Source: Candidatus Multivoradales bacterium (lineage in GTDB: Bacteria; Acidobacteriota; Thermoanaerobaculia; Multivoradales; Multivoraceae). From it: a stretch of DNA of 64,000 nucleotides. Location: contig CBDCWI010000001.1 in NCBI GenBank assembly GCA_965223325.1, forward strand, positions 768,001 to 832,000, in the 5' to 3' direction. The translations under genes were made by a program, and so were the position numbers. This document shows positions 1 to 10,663 of this stretch, in pieces (positions within the stretch are counted from its first letter, which is position 1; the number at the start of each line of letters is the position of its first letter). The notes beneath the pieces were generated by a model. It had not been told where the DNA came from. It was given only the letters and a program-made list of their open reading frames with translations, and ran no database searches.

Positions 1-738
1 CCACACGTGACGACGACGCTCGAAGGTCGCGGCATAGAGAACTTCGGGATCGCGCGGATCGATCTCGAGATCGGTCGCGCCGGTGTTCTCGTCGACAACC
101 AGCACAGCGCGCCAGCTCGCTCCTCCATCCGTAGTCTTGTACACCCCGCGCTCGCCGCCCGCCGACCACAGTGGCCCTTCGGCTGCGACCCAGACGGTGT
201 TCGAGTCCTCGGGGTGCACGATGATGCGACCGATGTGCTCACTTTCAGCAAGGCCCACCTGCTCCCAGCTCGAGCCACCATCGAGACTCCGATAGACCCC
301 ATCACCGAAGCCGACGTGGCGACCCGAGACGTTCTCGCCCGTGCCGACCCAGATGACATCGGGGTTTTGCGGGTCGAGAGTGATTTCGCCAATCGAGTAC
401 GACGGCTGGTCATCGAAGAGCGGCGTCCAGCTGGTACCGCGGTTGATCGTCTTCCACACTCCGCCCGAGCCCACCGCGACGTACCAGGTGCTCGTGCTCT
501 GTGGATGAATCTCGATGTCGGCGACACGTCCCGACATGAGCGCAGGGCCGATACCGCGCATCTCGAGACCAGCCAACACGCTAGGGCTGCCTTCGCTGGC
601 GTTTGCCGGAGCGCGAAACGGCGATGAGAGAGCCGCAACGAGGGCGAAGAGAGTCAAAACAGACCAGCCCCGGGTGCACTTGGGGCGGTCCGAGAGGTAA
701 CGTCGACGGGCGAGCTGAGAGCGTTCTACGAGCGACAT
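1..738 (-). CDS. Secreted BNR/Asp-box (VPS10/sortilin-like) beta-propeller glycosyl hydrolase-like protein, 5' part (runs off the window)
   Basis: Not in the ORF track; translated by hand. ATG at 738 with GGAG upstream, signal-like VLTLFALVAALSSP, then AAEGPLWSAGGERGVYKTTDGGASW...VDENTGATDLEIDPRDPEVLYAATFERRRHVW. Paralog of 17697..21002. Confidence 0.85.
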   Translation of the reverse strand, partial: MSLVERSQLARRRYLSDRPKCTRGWSVLTLFALVAALSSPFRAPANASEGSPSVLAGLEMRGIGPALMSGRVADIEIHPQSTSTWYVAVGSGGVWKTINRGTSWTPLFDDQPSYSIGEITLDPQNPDVIWVGTGENVSGRHVGFGDGVYRSLDGGSSWEQVGLAESEHIGRIIVHPEDSNTVWVAAEGPLWSAGGERGVYKTTDGGASWRAVLVVDENTGATDLEIDPRDPEVLYAATFERRRHVW

Positions 739-855
739 CGGCAAACTCCGTGAATGAGCGGCGTCTTGAACTTGCCGCCGATCATACGGCGCGCCGCCAC
801 CGTGGCCATCTCGCCGGCCATCTCGCCGGGTCGCGCGGTCCTCTCGAAGCGAACG

Positions 856-3800
856 CTAACGAATGTCGACGGCGTAGTCCTGCACCTCACCGAAAGTGAA
901 GTTCTCGCAGGCGCCGGCCGGCGCATCGCGCTTCATGGTCACGCGCATGCGGGTCATCCCGAGAGACGCTCCAGCGGGTACCGAGATCTGTCCGGCCACC
1001 ACCTGGTTGGTTGCCGGGACGTCGAGCACCAGTTCCTGGGCGTCGTTCCAGTCGCCGTCGCGGTTCCAGTCGATCCACACCCGCCAGGTATTGAGAAAAC
1101 GTTCCCAACTGTAGGCCGGCGTCAGTTCGATGGTCAGACCGGTGGCACCGCGGGTAACCGTCGCCTGGTGATCAGCGGTCCAGTCGCTGTATTTCTCCTT
1201 CAGCGAAGTGTGGTCGATTCCAGCGAAGACCACACGCTCTAACCACGATTGCCAGGGCTGGGAGCCTTCGGACGAGCAGTAGCCAGTCGGCATCGGGCCT
1301 CCGGTGCCACCATCGGCGAGCACCTCGAAGGAACGCTCGACCGCTGGCGCCGGTAGCCAGTCGGCGTTGCCACCTTGCTCGGCGCGCACGACAACCGTGC
1401 CTTCCTGGCCACTCAGCGTAACCGTCGCACCGGCGATCGACGCTGGCCCCGACACGATCGAGAACGCCACCGAAAGCCCCGAGCTTGCGCTGGCGCTGAT
1501 GTTGAACGGTCCGGCGGTCGCGACGCGATCGGGCAGCGGCGGGAAGTCGATCGCCTGCGCCATCGGCCCGCCCGTCCCGTCACCGCTGGTCACCACCGCA
1601 TAGTCCTGGACTTCGCCGAAGGTGAAGTTCTCGCACGGCCCGGCCGGGTTGTTGCGCTTCATCGTCACTCGCATGCGCGTGGTTCCAAGGGAGGCGTTCC
1701 CCGGAACGGCTACGTTCTGCGTAACGACCTCGTTGGTCGGTGCGACATCGACCACCAACTCGCCGGCGTCGTCGAAGTCGCCATCACGGTTCCAGTCGAT
1801 CCACACCCGCCAGGTGTTCAGAAAACGTTCCCAGCTGTAGCCCGGGGTCAATTCGATCGCCAGCCCCGCGGCGCCGCGCTCAACGCTCGCCTGGTGAACC
1901 GAACTCAGGTCGCTGTACTTCTCCTTGAGCGATGTGTGGTCGATCCCGGCAAAGCGCACCCGCTGGGTCCACGACTGCCAGGGCTGGTTGCCGATCGAAG
2001 AGCAGTAGCCGGTGGGCATCGGACCGCCGGTTCCGCCGTCGGCCGTGACGGCGAAGCTGCGGTCGACTTGCGGTGCCGGCAACCAGTCGTCGTTGCCAAA
2101 CTGGTTCGCCCGCACCACGACGGTGCCTTCTTCGCCGGTCAGCGTGATCGTGTCGCCGGCGATGGTCGCCGGTCCAGAAATGACCTGGAGCTCGACCTCG
2201 AGGCCGGAGCTCGCCGTTGCCGTGACCTCGAAGGGGGCCGAGGTGGTCAGGCGATCCGAGAGAGGCGGAAAGTCGATCGTTTGCGGTTCGCGCTCTCCGC
2301 CGTCGGAGTTGACGGTGAAGCTGCGGTCGACATCGGGCGCGGCGAGCCAGTTGGCGTCGCCGGCCTGGCTGGCACGCACGGTGACCGTGCCCTCCTCGCC
2401 GGTGAGACTGATGGTCGTACCGTCGACCGACGCCGGGCCTGAGAGGACTACGAACGAAACAGTAAGACCCGACGTCGCGGTTGCCGAAATCTCGAAGGGG
2501 ACGTCGGTCGTCAAGCGATCGGGCAACGCCCCGAAGTCGATCGTCTGTGGGAGGCGGTCACCGGTGGGAACGAAGTGCGCGGTGATCGAAACGTTACCGC
2601 CGAGGACGATGGAGGTGCTCGGGTCTCCGCCGGACAAGGCGCCCGACCAATGGTCAAAGACGAAACCATCGCCGGCTTCGGCAGTGACCGGAATGTCGAC
2701 TCCCGTAAACCAGGTGCCGGAGTAGCTGTCTCCCGAGCCCGAAAGATTGACGGTGCTGAAGGAGAGCGTGCCGTCACCTGCCACCGACAGGCTGGCCTGT
2801 GCAGTTCCGGTGACGTCGGCAAAGGCACTCACGTAGTGAGCGCGTACCGCCTCAGCGCGGTTGCTGGCAAAGATTCGCAGCTTCTCGACGTGGGAGTCCC
2901 ACGCGTTCCAACCCGAGTTCCAACGGTCGAGGTGGCGCTGCATCTCGGGCTCGTAGGTGGCTTCGAACTCATCGAGACGACCGTTCCAACGGGCCGGTTC
3001 GAACAGCACGTTGAGCATGTCCGCCGAACGGTTGACGAAGTCGCGACGGAAGGTCGGGCTCTCGACCGCACGCTGAAAAGCGCGCGTCGACCAGGGAGCG
3101 TTGGGCCACCAGTCCCAGTCCGGCGTCAACAGACGATCGAGCGAGTCCTGGGTCCAATCGCCACTGTTCCAGGGACCGTCTTTGACGAACAGTCCGGTCG
3201 AGAAATCGAGATCCTTGATCATGAAGTTCCAGCGCGCATCGGGAGTGCGCTCGCGGAAGCGCCGGTTGTTGTTCGACGGCCAGTCGGCGTTGTCGACTGC
3301 GATTTGGAAGGCGTAGTGATCGATGAAGGCGGCAGGATCAACGAAGGTTCTGAACTCCGCGTACTCGCTCGGGTTGGCGAGATTGGCGCTGGCGAGGAAG
3401 GACTGGAAGGCATCCCAGGCTATGAAGTCGCCCTCTTTGGCCTCGGTCTCCTCATCGAGCAGGTCGATCTCGTCACGCTCCAGGTCGTAGCGCGCCTTGA
3501 TATAGCGGCGATCGAAACGATCGCGAATGTTCTGAATGCCCCAGTACGCGCCGTTGAGGTAGAGCACCGCCGGTCGGTGGCCCTGGGCGATCACGTCGAC
3601 AGGATCGATGCGCCCACCGACATCTGAAAGATCGCGCACCAGGCTCGAGGCCGCCGCATCACGAAACATCGTGTAGTTCCAGTCCTGTCCCGACTGGCGG
3701 AGAATCAGGGAGCGGTAGACATTCCACGGTTGGTCAGGGAAAACCGGGTAGCGCAACTCTTCGATCCCGAAGCGCCGATGCGCTTTGATCGCCAATGACT

Positions 3801-4845
3801 TCTGCGGCAGCGATGCGCTGGCACTACCGTGAATCTCGGTCTCCACCTGCTGTGAGAGCCCCAGCGTTCCGTCGGGCTCGAAGAGTTCGAAATGCGCGTT
3901 GATCTCGATGTCTTCTTCGAAGAGGGTGAACATGCCTTCGGGGCCGAAGACCTCGTCGGGATCGGCAGTCACTGTGACCACCGCGAAATCCGGTGCGTGC
4001 TCGATGTCGAACAGCCAGGTCCAGGTGGCAATGCGGCTCGGTAGCAGACCGTCGGCGAAGGCACGCGCGCGCAGAACCGTGGTGTCAGTGATGGAAAGGG
4101 CGCCGGTGTAGGGCTGTGAGTCGGTGGTTGGCTCGCTGCCGTCGGTGGTGTAGAAGATCTCGGCGCCCGAAGTCGCACTATCGAGTGCTACCGAGAACGG
4201 AGAGGTCTTGAAACCGGCCGTCTGCGAAGCCTCTGGTATCGCCGTCGTGTCGCTGATGCCGCCGCTGTTCGAAGCTCCGGGCGTCGGGGTGGGAAAGGAA
4301 AAGAAGGTCGAGCTACCGTCGGGCGAACGGCCCTCGGAGATATCGGTTTCCTGGGAGCCGAAGGTGACGGAATCGATCAGCGAACCGTTGGCGGCAAACA
4401 AGCCGATCTGTTCGCCGCCGCTCGAGAGCTTGGCGTCGACGTGCAGGGGGCCCTGCTCGGTTTCTTTGTCGAACCACAGAATGACGAAGCCGCCGGCCGG
4501 AACGACCGTAGTAGAGCTACCGCCTGGAACCTCCGACGCCGTCGGATCGCTCAGGTCGTCGGTCAAGAACATTCCAGCGAGATCGATCGCCGAGGCCGTC
4601 GGGTTGAAGATCTCGACCCAGTCGTCGAAATCTCCGTTCTCGTCCGCAATCGTGGCGTCGTTCGAGGCCAGAAACTCGTTGATGACCAGCGACTGCGCCG
4701 TCACCGGCATCGCGGCCAGGACCATGACCGTGGCCAGAGCTCCACCGACCAACAGGATGCGGCGGAGCGCCAACGAGACGAACGACGAGGGAAGAACGGG
4801 GCCGGCAAGTGAACGCGGGGCTGCCGAGGAACTGAACATGGGCAT
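856..4845 (-). CDS. Secreted CotH kinase family protein with lamin-tail domain, chitobiase/FN3-associated domain, three QxIDF Ig-like repeats and two GEVED domains
   Basis: LVINEFLASN...DDWVEIFN (lamin tail); EIFYTTDGSEPT; CotH-like YLNGAYWGIQNIR, DNADWPSNN and KDLDFS; three QTIDF/QAIDF...ATASSGL repeats; two WIDWNRDGD...GEVQDY modules. Confidence 0.85.
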   Translation of the reverse strand: MPMFSSSAAPRSLAGPVLPSSFVSLALRRILLVGGALATVMVLAAMPVTAQSLVINEFLASNDATIADENGDFDDWVEIFNPTASAIDLAGMFLTDDLSDPTASEVPGGSSTTVVPAGGFVILWFDKETEQGPLHVDAKLSSGGEQIGLFAANGSLIDSVTFGSQETDISEGRSPDGSSTFFSFPTPTPGASNSGGISDTTAIPEASQTAGFKTSPFSVALDSATSGAEIFYTTDGSEPTTDSQPYTGALSITDTTVLRARAFADGLLPSRIATWTWLFDIEHAPDFAVVTVTADPDEVFGPEGMFTLFEEDIEINAHFELFEPDGTLGLSQQVETEIHGSASASLPQKSLAIKAHRRFGIEELRYPVFPDQPWNVYRSLILRQSGQDWNYTMFRDAAASSLVRDLSDVGGRIDPVDVIAQGHRPAVLYLNGAYWGIQNIRDRFDRRYIKARYDLERDEIDLLDEETEAKEGDFIAWDAFQSFLASANLANPSEYAEFRTFVDPAAFIDHYAFQIAVDNADWPSNNNRRFRERTPDARWNFMIKDLDFSTGLFVKDGPWNSGDWTQDSLDRLLTPDWDWWPNAPWSTRAFQRAVESPTFRRDFVNRSADMLNVLFEPARWNGRLDEFEATYEPEMQRHLDRWNSGWNAWDSHVEKLRIFASNRAEAVRAHYVSAFADVTGTAQASLSVAGDGTLSFSTVNLSGSGDSYSGTWFTGVDIPVTAEAGDGFVFDHWSGALSGGDPSTSIVLGGNVSITAHFVPTGDRLPQTIDFGALPDRLTTDVPFEISATATSGLTVSFVVLSGPASVDGTTISLTGEEGTVTVRASQAGDANWLAAPDVDRSFTVNSDGGEREPQTIDFPPLSDRLTTSAPFEVTATASSGLEVELQVISGPATIAGDTITLTGEEGTVVVRANQFGNDDWLPAPQVDRSFAVTADGGTGGPMPTGYCSSIGNQPWQSWTQRVRFAGIDHTSLKEKYSDLSSVHQASVERGAAGLAIELTPGYSWERFLNTWRVWIDWNRDGDFDDAGELVVDVAPTNEVVTQNVAVPGNASLGTTRMRVTMKRNNPAGPCENFTFGEVQDYAVVTSGDGTGGPMAQAIDFPPLPDRVATAGPFNISASASSGLSVAFSIVSGPASIAGATVTLSGQEGTVVVRAEQGGNADWLPAPAVERSFEVLADGGTGGPMPTGYCSSEGSQPWQSWLERVVFAGIDHTSLKEKYSDWTADHQATVTRGATGLTIELTPAYSWERFLNTWRVWIDWNRDGDWNDAQELVLDVPATNQVVAGQISVPAGASLGMTRMRVTMKRDAPAGACENFTFGEVQDYAVDIR

Positions 4846-5069
4846 GAATCTCCTTCAGGAGACAAGACCGCCGGCGAGGCCTGAGCGTGCACGAGCCGCG
4901 GGCTCGCCACGGTTCAACTCGGGGCGGAGAGGGAACGGTTCTAATGGGACAACGCGCCGATTGTAACATGCAGAACTCGCTCTCTTCAACGGAATGGAGC
5001 CGATGCTGGCCCCCACCAACGGTAGGCTGGCCTCACCCCCGTCACGTTCATTTCACCCCGGAGTCGATC

Positions 5070-5693
5070 TTGAAACTCTACGAATCCATCGGTCCGAATC
5101 CTCGTGTGGTCAAGATCTTTCTCGCCGAGAAAAGCCTCGACGTCGAACGCCACAACGTCGACATCATGGCGGCCGAAAACCGCAGTGCCGCCTACCTCGA
5201 GAAGGTCAATCCGGCCGGCCAGAGCCCCGCTCTCATGCTCGACGACGGCACGGTCATCGCAGAGGTAACGGCCATTTGTGAGTACCTGGAAGAAACCCAG
5301 CCGACCCCTCCGCTGATCGGTTCGACCGCCGCCGAGCGAGCCGAAACCAGAATGTGGACCCGCCGCGTCGATCTGCGCATCTGCGAACCTCTGGCAAACG
5401 GCTTTCGTTTCGCCGAAGGCCTCGAGATGTTCAAGGACCGGATGCGCTGCCTTCCCGAAAGCGCGGACGGGCTCAAAGCGATCGCGCGCGACAATCTCGC
5501 CTGGCTCGAGCAGCAGATCGACGGCCGGGAGTGGCTCGCCGGGACGCGCTTTACGTTGGCGGACATTCTCCTGTTTTCCTTTCTCGAGTTCGGCAACCAG
5601 GTCGGCCAGCCCCTGGGGAATGAGTTCCCGAATCTTGCCCAGTGGTACCAGAGAGTCGAAGAACGCGAGGCCGTACGAGCCGCCGCCAAGTGA
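5070..5693 (+). CDS. Glutathione S-transferase family protein
   Basis: TTG start at 5070 after GGAG; KLYESIGPNPRVVKIFLAEK, NPAGQSPAL, IAEVTAICEYLEE, WLAGTRFTLADI. Confidence 0.9.
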   Translation: MKLYESIGPNPRVVKIFLAEKSLDVERHNVDIMAAENRSAAYLEKVNPAGQSPALMLDDGTVIAEVTAICEYLEETQPTPPLIGSTAAERAETRMWTRRVDLRICEPLANGFRFAEGLEMFKDRMRCLPESADGLKAIARDNLAWLEQQIDGREWLAGTRFTLADILLFSFLEFGNQVGQPLGNEFPNLAQWYQRVEEREAVRAAAK

Positions 5694-5945
5694 ACCTGAT
5701 CCCAGGCGCCAGCGTTGTGTCGCTTCGTCGGTCCGCCGAGGATCTACAACGAAACGTCGAGTCGTGGAATGATCTGGGCACCCCGAGCGGTTAGACCTGA
5801 CGCGTCCCTGCCTCATGTCAGAGTGGTCCTAGAGAGGAGGGCGCGCCCGCTCAACGCCGTACCTTTGTCTGGACCGTCCATCCCGGACGGCCCTACGCCC
5901 CATCAGTGAAGCGGCCTCGCATGGGCCGCCTTGGAGTCAGCCAGC

Positions 5946-6395
5946 ATGCACAGGATCGTTCGTCCCTTCTCCGATCGCCGCATCAGCCAGATGGCGCTCG
6001 TTTCTCTCCTGGCCGGTCTGCTCGCCACAGGCCTGGCGCTCGCCGAACCGAAGAACGCCAGCGCCACCGGGCCAGCAGAAGGAACCGTCTCCTTCATCGA
6101 CGACGTCTGGCCGATTCTCGATGAGGCCTGCGTGCGTTGCCACGGCGTCAAGGAAGACTTCTCGAACCTGCGCCTCGACTCGAAGGAAGGCATCGAGAAA
6201 GGTGGCGATCTCGGCGCCGTTCTAGTGCCCGGCAAGCCCGACGAGAGCTCCCTCTACCTCCGCGTTGCACTTCCCGACGACGACCTCGACCTGATGCCCG
6301 TTGAAGGCGATCGCCTCGACGAAGACCAGCAAGAGATCCTCCGCCAGTGGATCGAGGAAGGCGCCGACTTCGGCGGCTGGACCGCAGCCGAGTAA
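5946..6395 (+). CDS. Exported planctomycete-type cytochrome c domain protein
   Basis: Signal peptide, VSFIDDVWPILDEACVRCHG (CxxCH), LRLDS, PGKPDESSL, LMP, WIEEGA. Confidence 0.85.
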   Translation: MHRIVRPFSDRRISQMALVSLLAGLLATGLALAEPKNASATGPAEGTVSFIDDVWPILDEACVRCHGVKEDFSNLRLDSKEGIEKGGDLGAVLVPGKPDESSLYLRVALPDDDLDLMPVEGDRLDEDQQEILRQWIEEGADFGGWTAAE

Positions 6396-6463
6396 CACCG
6401 ACCCACTGGCGGCCTCAACCGACCTGCGCTCCCCGGTCGACGTCGGAGCGGCCAAATCGCAGT

Positions 6464-7750
6464 CCAGAACAACCGTTCCATCGAAGCCAGGAATCCGCCG
6501 CGCGCGACGTATCAGAGAAGTCCGACGTCGCAACTGCAGGGCGAGCGCCAACCGCCAAAGGGCGGCCCCACGGACCGCTTGCGCGGCAAAGGTGACGTTA
6601 GCTGGCCCCGTGGTAAACGCCTCGCCAACAGCGCCAGGTCGCCACTCCAATAGCGCCACGTTCCCAACCAAGGCCCACGTCGAGAAGGCCGAAAACCACG
6701 CTGCCAGCTAGGACACGGCCCTCCCAGAACCGTCGTTCCATCGAAGCCAGGAATCCGCCGCGCGCGACGTATCAGAGAAGTCCGACGTCGCAACTGCAGG
6801 GCGAGCGCCAACCGCCAAAGGGCGGCCCCACGGACCGCTTGCGCGGCAAAGGTGACGTTAGCTGGCCCCGTGGTAAACGCCTCGTCAACAGTGCCAGGTC
6901 GCCACTCCAATAGCGCCACGTTCCCAACCAAGGCCCACGTCGAGAAGGCCGAAAACCACGCTGCCAGCTAGGACACGGCCCTCCCAGAACCGTCGTTCCA
7001 TCGAAGCCAGGAATCCGCCGCGCGCGACGTATCAGAGAAGTCCGACGTCGCAACTGCAGGGCGAGCGCCAACCGCCAAAGGGCGGCCCCACGGACCGCTT
7101 GCGCGGCAAAGGTGACGTTAGCTGGCCCCGTGGTAAACGCCTCGCCAACAGCGCCAGGTCGCCACTCCAATAGCGCCACGTTCCCAACCAAGGCCCACGT
7201 CGAGAAGGCCGAAAACCACGCTGCCAGCTAGGACACGGCCCTCCCAGAACCGTCGTTCCATCGAAGCCAGGAATCCGCCGCGCGCGACGTATCAGAGAAG
7301 TCCGACGTCGCAACTGCAGGGCGAGCGCCAACCGCCAAAGGGCGGCCCCACGGACCGCTTGCGCGGCAAAGGTGACGTTAGCTGGCCCCGTGGTAAACAC
7401 CTCGCCAACAGCGCCAGGTCGCCACTCCAATAGCGCCACGTTCCCAACCAAGGCCCACGTCGAGAAGGCCGAAAACCACGCTGCCAGCTAGGACACGGCC
7501 CTCCCAGAACCGTCGTTCCATCGAAGCCAGGAATCCGCCGCGCGCGACGTATCAGAGAAGTCCGACGTCGCAACTGCAGGGCGAGCGCCAACCGCCAAAG
7601 GGCGGCCCCACGGACCGCTTGCGCGGCAAAGGTGACGTTAGCTGGCCCCGTGGTAAACGCCTCGCCAACAGCGCCAGGTCGCCACTCCAATAGCGCCACG
7701 TTCCCAACCAAGGCCCACGTCGAGAAGGCCGAAAACCACGGGGCCAGCTA
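6464..7750 (+). repeat. Tandem array A: about 4.95 near-identical 260-bp structured units
   Basis: TCGAAGCCAG recurs at 6481, 6741, 7001, 7261 and 7521 with only a few SNPs. Lies between convergent genes; homologous to arrays B and C. Confidence 0.97.
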
Positions 7751-8449
7751 ATAGATCCCGGGGATGAGACCGGCCACCCGCTGCTGGTAGCGCTGGAACT
7801 CGTGCCGGAACATCTGCTCGAGGCAGCGGTCTTCGAGCCCGATGCGTACGATCGAGAGCGGCAAGAGCACCAGGCCAGCGACCACTACCGCAATGCGGCT
7901 CTGCAACAGAATCGCAGCGCCGAAGACGATGAACAGGTTGCCCGCCTCCGAGGGGTGACGCACGATGCCGTAGATGCCGGTCTGTCGCAGCGGCTGCCCA
8001 ATGCGCACCTGAATCCCGCTCACGAAGTACTTGCCGAGCTGGATCCCGGCGACGAAACGCAACAGCACTCCGACCGCCATGAACAGGGCGCCGCTCGCAG
8101 CGAGCAAGCTGAGGGTTGAGGTCCCCGCTGCAGCGTGCTCGAGAACCGCAATCATCAACGCGGCTCCGATCGAAAGCGCAGCGGCAAAGGTCACAAAGCG
8201 GGCCGAGCGACCGTCGACCTTGCGCAGGGTCTCGACGTCATCGGGGCCGCGCAGAACCGCCGGCGTGTCGGCGAGCAGAAAGAGCGTCGCCAGTAGAAGG
8301 AACAGACCCATCGGCACGTCGATCAGTCTTTGATGGCCGAACCAGACGACCGCAGGCAGGACCAGAAGAACGGCGTGCAAGAGAGATCCCAGGCCGGCGG
8401 CCAGCAACACACTCGTTCGAGGGGTGGCGGCGCTGCCCCTCGTCATCAC
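7748..8449 (-). CDS. Isoprenylcysteine carboxyl methyltransferase (ICMT/PEMT) family membrane protein
   Basis: Several TM helices; QLGKYF...LRQTGIYGIVRHPSEAG and RIGLEDRCLEQMF...YQQRVAGLIPGIY. Confidence 0.85.
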   Translation of the reverse strand: MMTRGSAATPRTSVLLAAGLGSLLHAVLLVLPAVVWFGHQRLIDVPMGLFLLLATLFLLADTPAVLRGPDDVETLRKVDGRSARFVTFAAALSIGAALMIAVLEHAAAGTSTLSLLAASGALFMAVGVLLRFVAGIQLGKYFVSGIQVRIGQPLRQTGIYGIVRHPSEAGNLFIVFGAAILLQSRIAVVVAGLVLLPLSIVRIGLEDRCLEQMFRHEFQRYQQRVAGLIPGIY

Positions 8450-9057
8450 TGAACCTCGGTCACTGCGGCAAGCACGCCGCGGAAGTTGGCCTGGGACATT
8501 TGCAGCGTGTCAGCCACTTCCTGCAGAACCTCGAGCTCGCGTCGGGCGATCAGACCGTCGTGGAAGGCCACTTCACACGCCACCCGCATGACCTGTTCCT
8601 TGCCGTGCGCGTTCAAACGACCGGCCACCTCCGACAGGAGTTCCCGAACCAGACCCTCGCGGGGGGAAATCGAGGCGATCTCTTCTTCCAGCGCCGCGAG
8701 ATCGATCTCGATGCCGGTTGCCATGAGTGACATCTCGCAGACCCTTTCGAGCCGAGGACGATTCTCCTGTGCTTCGGAGACCAGAACCACCGCCAGGACA
8801 CCGCGGAGCGCCCGGCTCAGTTCGCTCTCGAAAGTCTCTCTGTCGTAGTGCAGAACGTCATCGCGAAAGGTCTCACGACAGACCGGGCATTCGACGTACT
8901 CGCCGAGAACATCGAGCGGCAGCACGGGAACGAAGTAGAGCGTGAAGAAGCGGCGGGTTCGCTGGCGCATGTAGTCCTGTGGGCTCTCGCAACGGGGGCA
9001 ATGGAATCGACCACGGTCCGTCGTATAGGTCACACCGCGCGTACCGAAAATCACCAT
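8446..9057 (-). CDS. Zinc-ribbon plus TerB-like domain protein
   Basis: MVIFGTR, CPRC...RRFFTLYFVPVLPL...ECPVC; C-terminal VAFHDGLIARRELEVLQEVADTL; overlaps the ICMT start. Confidence 0.8.
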   Translation of the reverse strand: MVIFGTRGVTYTTDRGRFHCPRCESPQDYMRQRTRRFFTLYFVPVLPLDVLGEYVECPVCRETFRDDVLHYDRETFESELSRALRGVLAVVLVSEAQENRPRLERVCEMSLMATGIEIDLAALEEEIASISPREGLVRELLSEVAGRLNAHGKEQVMRVACEVAFHDGLIARRELEVLQEVADTLQMSQANFRGVLAAVTEVQ

Positions 9058-9251
9058 GGTGAAGAGGGCTCCAGAAGGAAAACAAGCTAAATGCCGCGAT
9101 CGACCGGGCCGCAGCGATCGAGGAATAGTATCCTCAGATGGCTATATATGCAAGATTCCCTACCTTCCGGGGAATCGAGTGCCGCGAGCCGCTAGTGCCT
9201 CCGCTCACCAGCCGACGACCGGCCGGCGCGCGGGAGTTGGTGGCGGGGGAC

Positions 9252-10166
9252 TCAGACCGGAACGGAGCGTGTCGGGAAGCGCACTAGCCTCGGTCGAGGG
9301 CGTGCGCTCTCCCGTTCCGGCCGAATCCAGGCGTTACAGCGTTCGAGAAGGTGGGCCAACGCCGGGAGGCTGTGATGACGTGCAGGGCTTCCCGAAGATG
9401 GCTGCTCTTCGAAGGTGAAAAAGCCGTCTTCGAGCTCGAGCGCCGTGCCCACGATCGCCTCGGCCTGCGTCGCCAGCGTTCGTTCGAGGGCGCGTCGTTC
9501 GAGACAGCGCGCCTCGAGCAGCAGATCACCAAGAGAACGCGAGGGTCGTTCTAGTGCCTGACGGCGGAGGGCGCACAGGACATCGTCGGCGCCGGCAAGA
9601 CCCTGGCGGACCAACAGGTCACCCAATCTGGGGCCGCCGTCTTCACGTGCCGATGCGACCGAACCGGCGGCGACCCGCAAAACGACGGTGCGCTGGCGCG
9701 AGATGAACGAGACTCGACCGCTCTTGCCCGATCGCGCCAGCGCCGACAAGAGACGGGCGGCAGTCTGCCCCTCGAGGGCACCAGTCACGCGTAGCGGACC
9801 TGACGGTCCCGCCGTCTCCTCGCGCGCAGGCGACGGCTCCGGGTCCGTCGCCCCGGACTGACGAGGGTGCTCGAGCGCCGGCGGACGCCCTGCGGGCTCC
9901 GGCTCTCGGGGTCCCCTCGGAGGGGCTGCTTCGAGTTCATAGCCCACTCCGGGCTCGAGGTCGAGCACCAGTCCATCACCGGCGTAATCCGTCGCGTCGG
10001 GTTGTCGTTCATGGGCCAAGAGCCAGCTCGTCGCGTCAACGAACGAGTGGTCGTCGTCTCGCCGGGCCCAGCCCAGCCGGAGGGCGAATGAACGGAGACG
10101 GTCGGCAACGGAACGCTCGGACTCGGGGTGTCGCTTCTTCAATTCTTGATCCCGCAGTATCGACAT
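9252..10166 (-). CDS. DUF4388 domain protein
   Basis: VTGALEG...LLSALARSGKSGRV...LGDLLVRQGL...ALRRQ...LGDLLLE...DGFFTFEE. Start chosen at MSILRD; uncertain. Confidence 0.7.
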   Translation of the reverse strand: MSILRDQELKKRHPESERSVADRLRSFALRLGWARRDDDHSFVDATSWLLAHERQPDATDYAGDGLVLDLEPGVGYELEAAPPRGPREPEPAGRPPALEHPRQSGATDPEPSPAREETAGPSGPLRVTGALEGQTAARLLSALARSGKSGRVSFISRQRTVVLRVAAGSVASAREDGGPRLGDLLVRQGLAGADDVLCALRRQALERPSRSLGDLLLEARCLERRALERTLATQAEAIVGTALELEDGFFTFEEQPSSGSPARHHSLPALAHLLERCNAWIRPERESARPRPRLVRFPTRSVPV

Positions 10167-10319
10167 GTCGGAGGATCTTCGACCGGGCAGTGGAACTCTG
10201 GCGCGACGTGCCTGGTGACACGCATCGATACACCGAACCCCCAACCGCTTGTTGAGTCGCGTCAGGATGAACACATCCTGCTGGTGCAGGAGCCCGGCGG
10301 TTGTCGTATTGACTACCAG

Positions 10320-10335
10320 TGCAAAGGGCCTGCCA
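10320..10335 (-). promoter_or_regulatory. Sigma54 (-24/-12) promoter for the DUF4388 gene
   Basis: Minus strand reads TGGCAGGCCCTTTGCA, matching TGGC-N7-TTGCW. Confidence 0.6.
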
Positions 10336-10405
10336 GGCGGCGCGGGTCTGGCTCGTCGGGGCCTCGCTCGAACCGAATGCAGCGCGCTTGACCAAGCGAG
10401 GAGCC

Positions 10406-10660
10406 TCAGGCGCGGTGGGAGCTCTCCAGGATGGCCAGCGCGTGATCGAGCCGCCGCATCTCACGGGTCAGACACAGAACAGCCTGCGGCCGACCGATCG
10501 GTGGCCGACGAATAGGACCACTGAGGAGCTCTGCAACCTGCTGCAGGGCGACCTGGCCACCACGTTCTGCCCATCGGGGGGCACTGGGCGGCATCGGTGC
10601 CTGGGCGGGCCGATGATCGCGCGGCTTCGAGACGACGGAAGACAGTTCGGAGAGTGTCAT
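10406..10660 (-). CDS. Small hypothetical protein
   Basis: ATG 3 bp after the upstream stop; no recognisable motif. Confidence 0.3.
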   Translation of the reverse strand: MTLSELSSVVSKPRDHRPAQAPMPPSAPRWAERGGQVALQQVAELLSGPIRRPPIGRPQAVLCLTREMRRLDHALAILESSHRA

Positions 10661-10663
10661 CGT

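Noticed and set aside
7-627. 206-aa plus-strand ORF and the many other long antisense ORFs
   Set aside because: Shadows of well-supported opposite-strand genes in GC-rich DNA.
6464-7750. CRISPR array interpretation of arrays A, B and C
   Set aside because: Units are 231-260 bp and near-identical end to end, with no unique spacers and no cas genes in the window.
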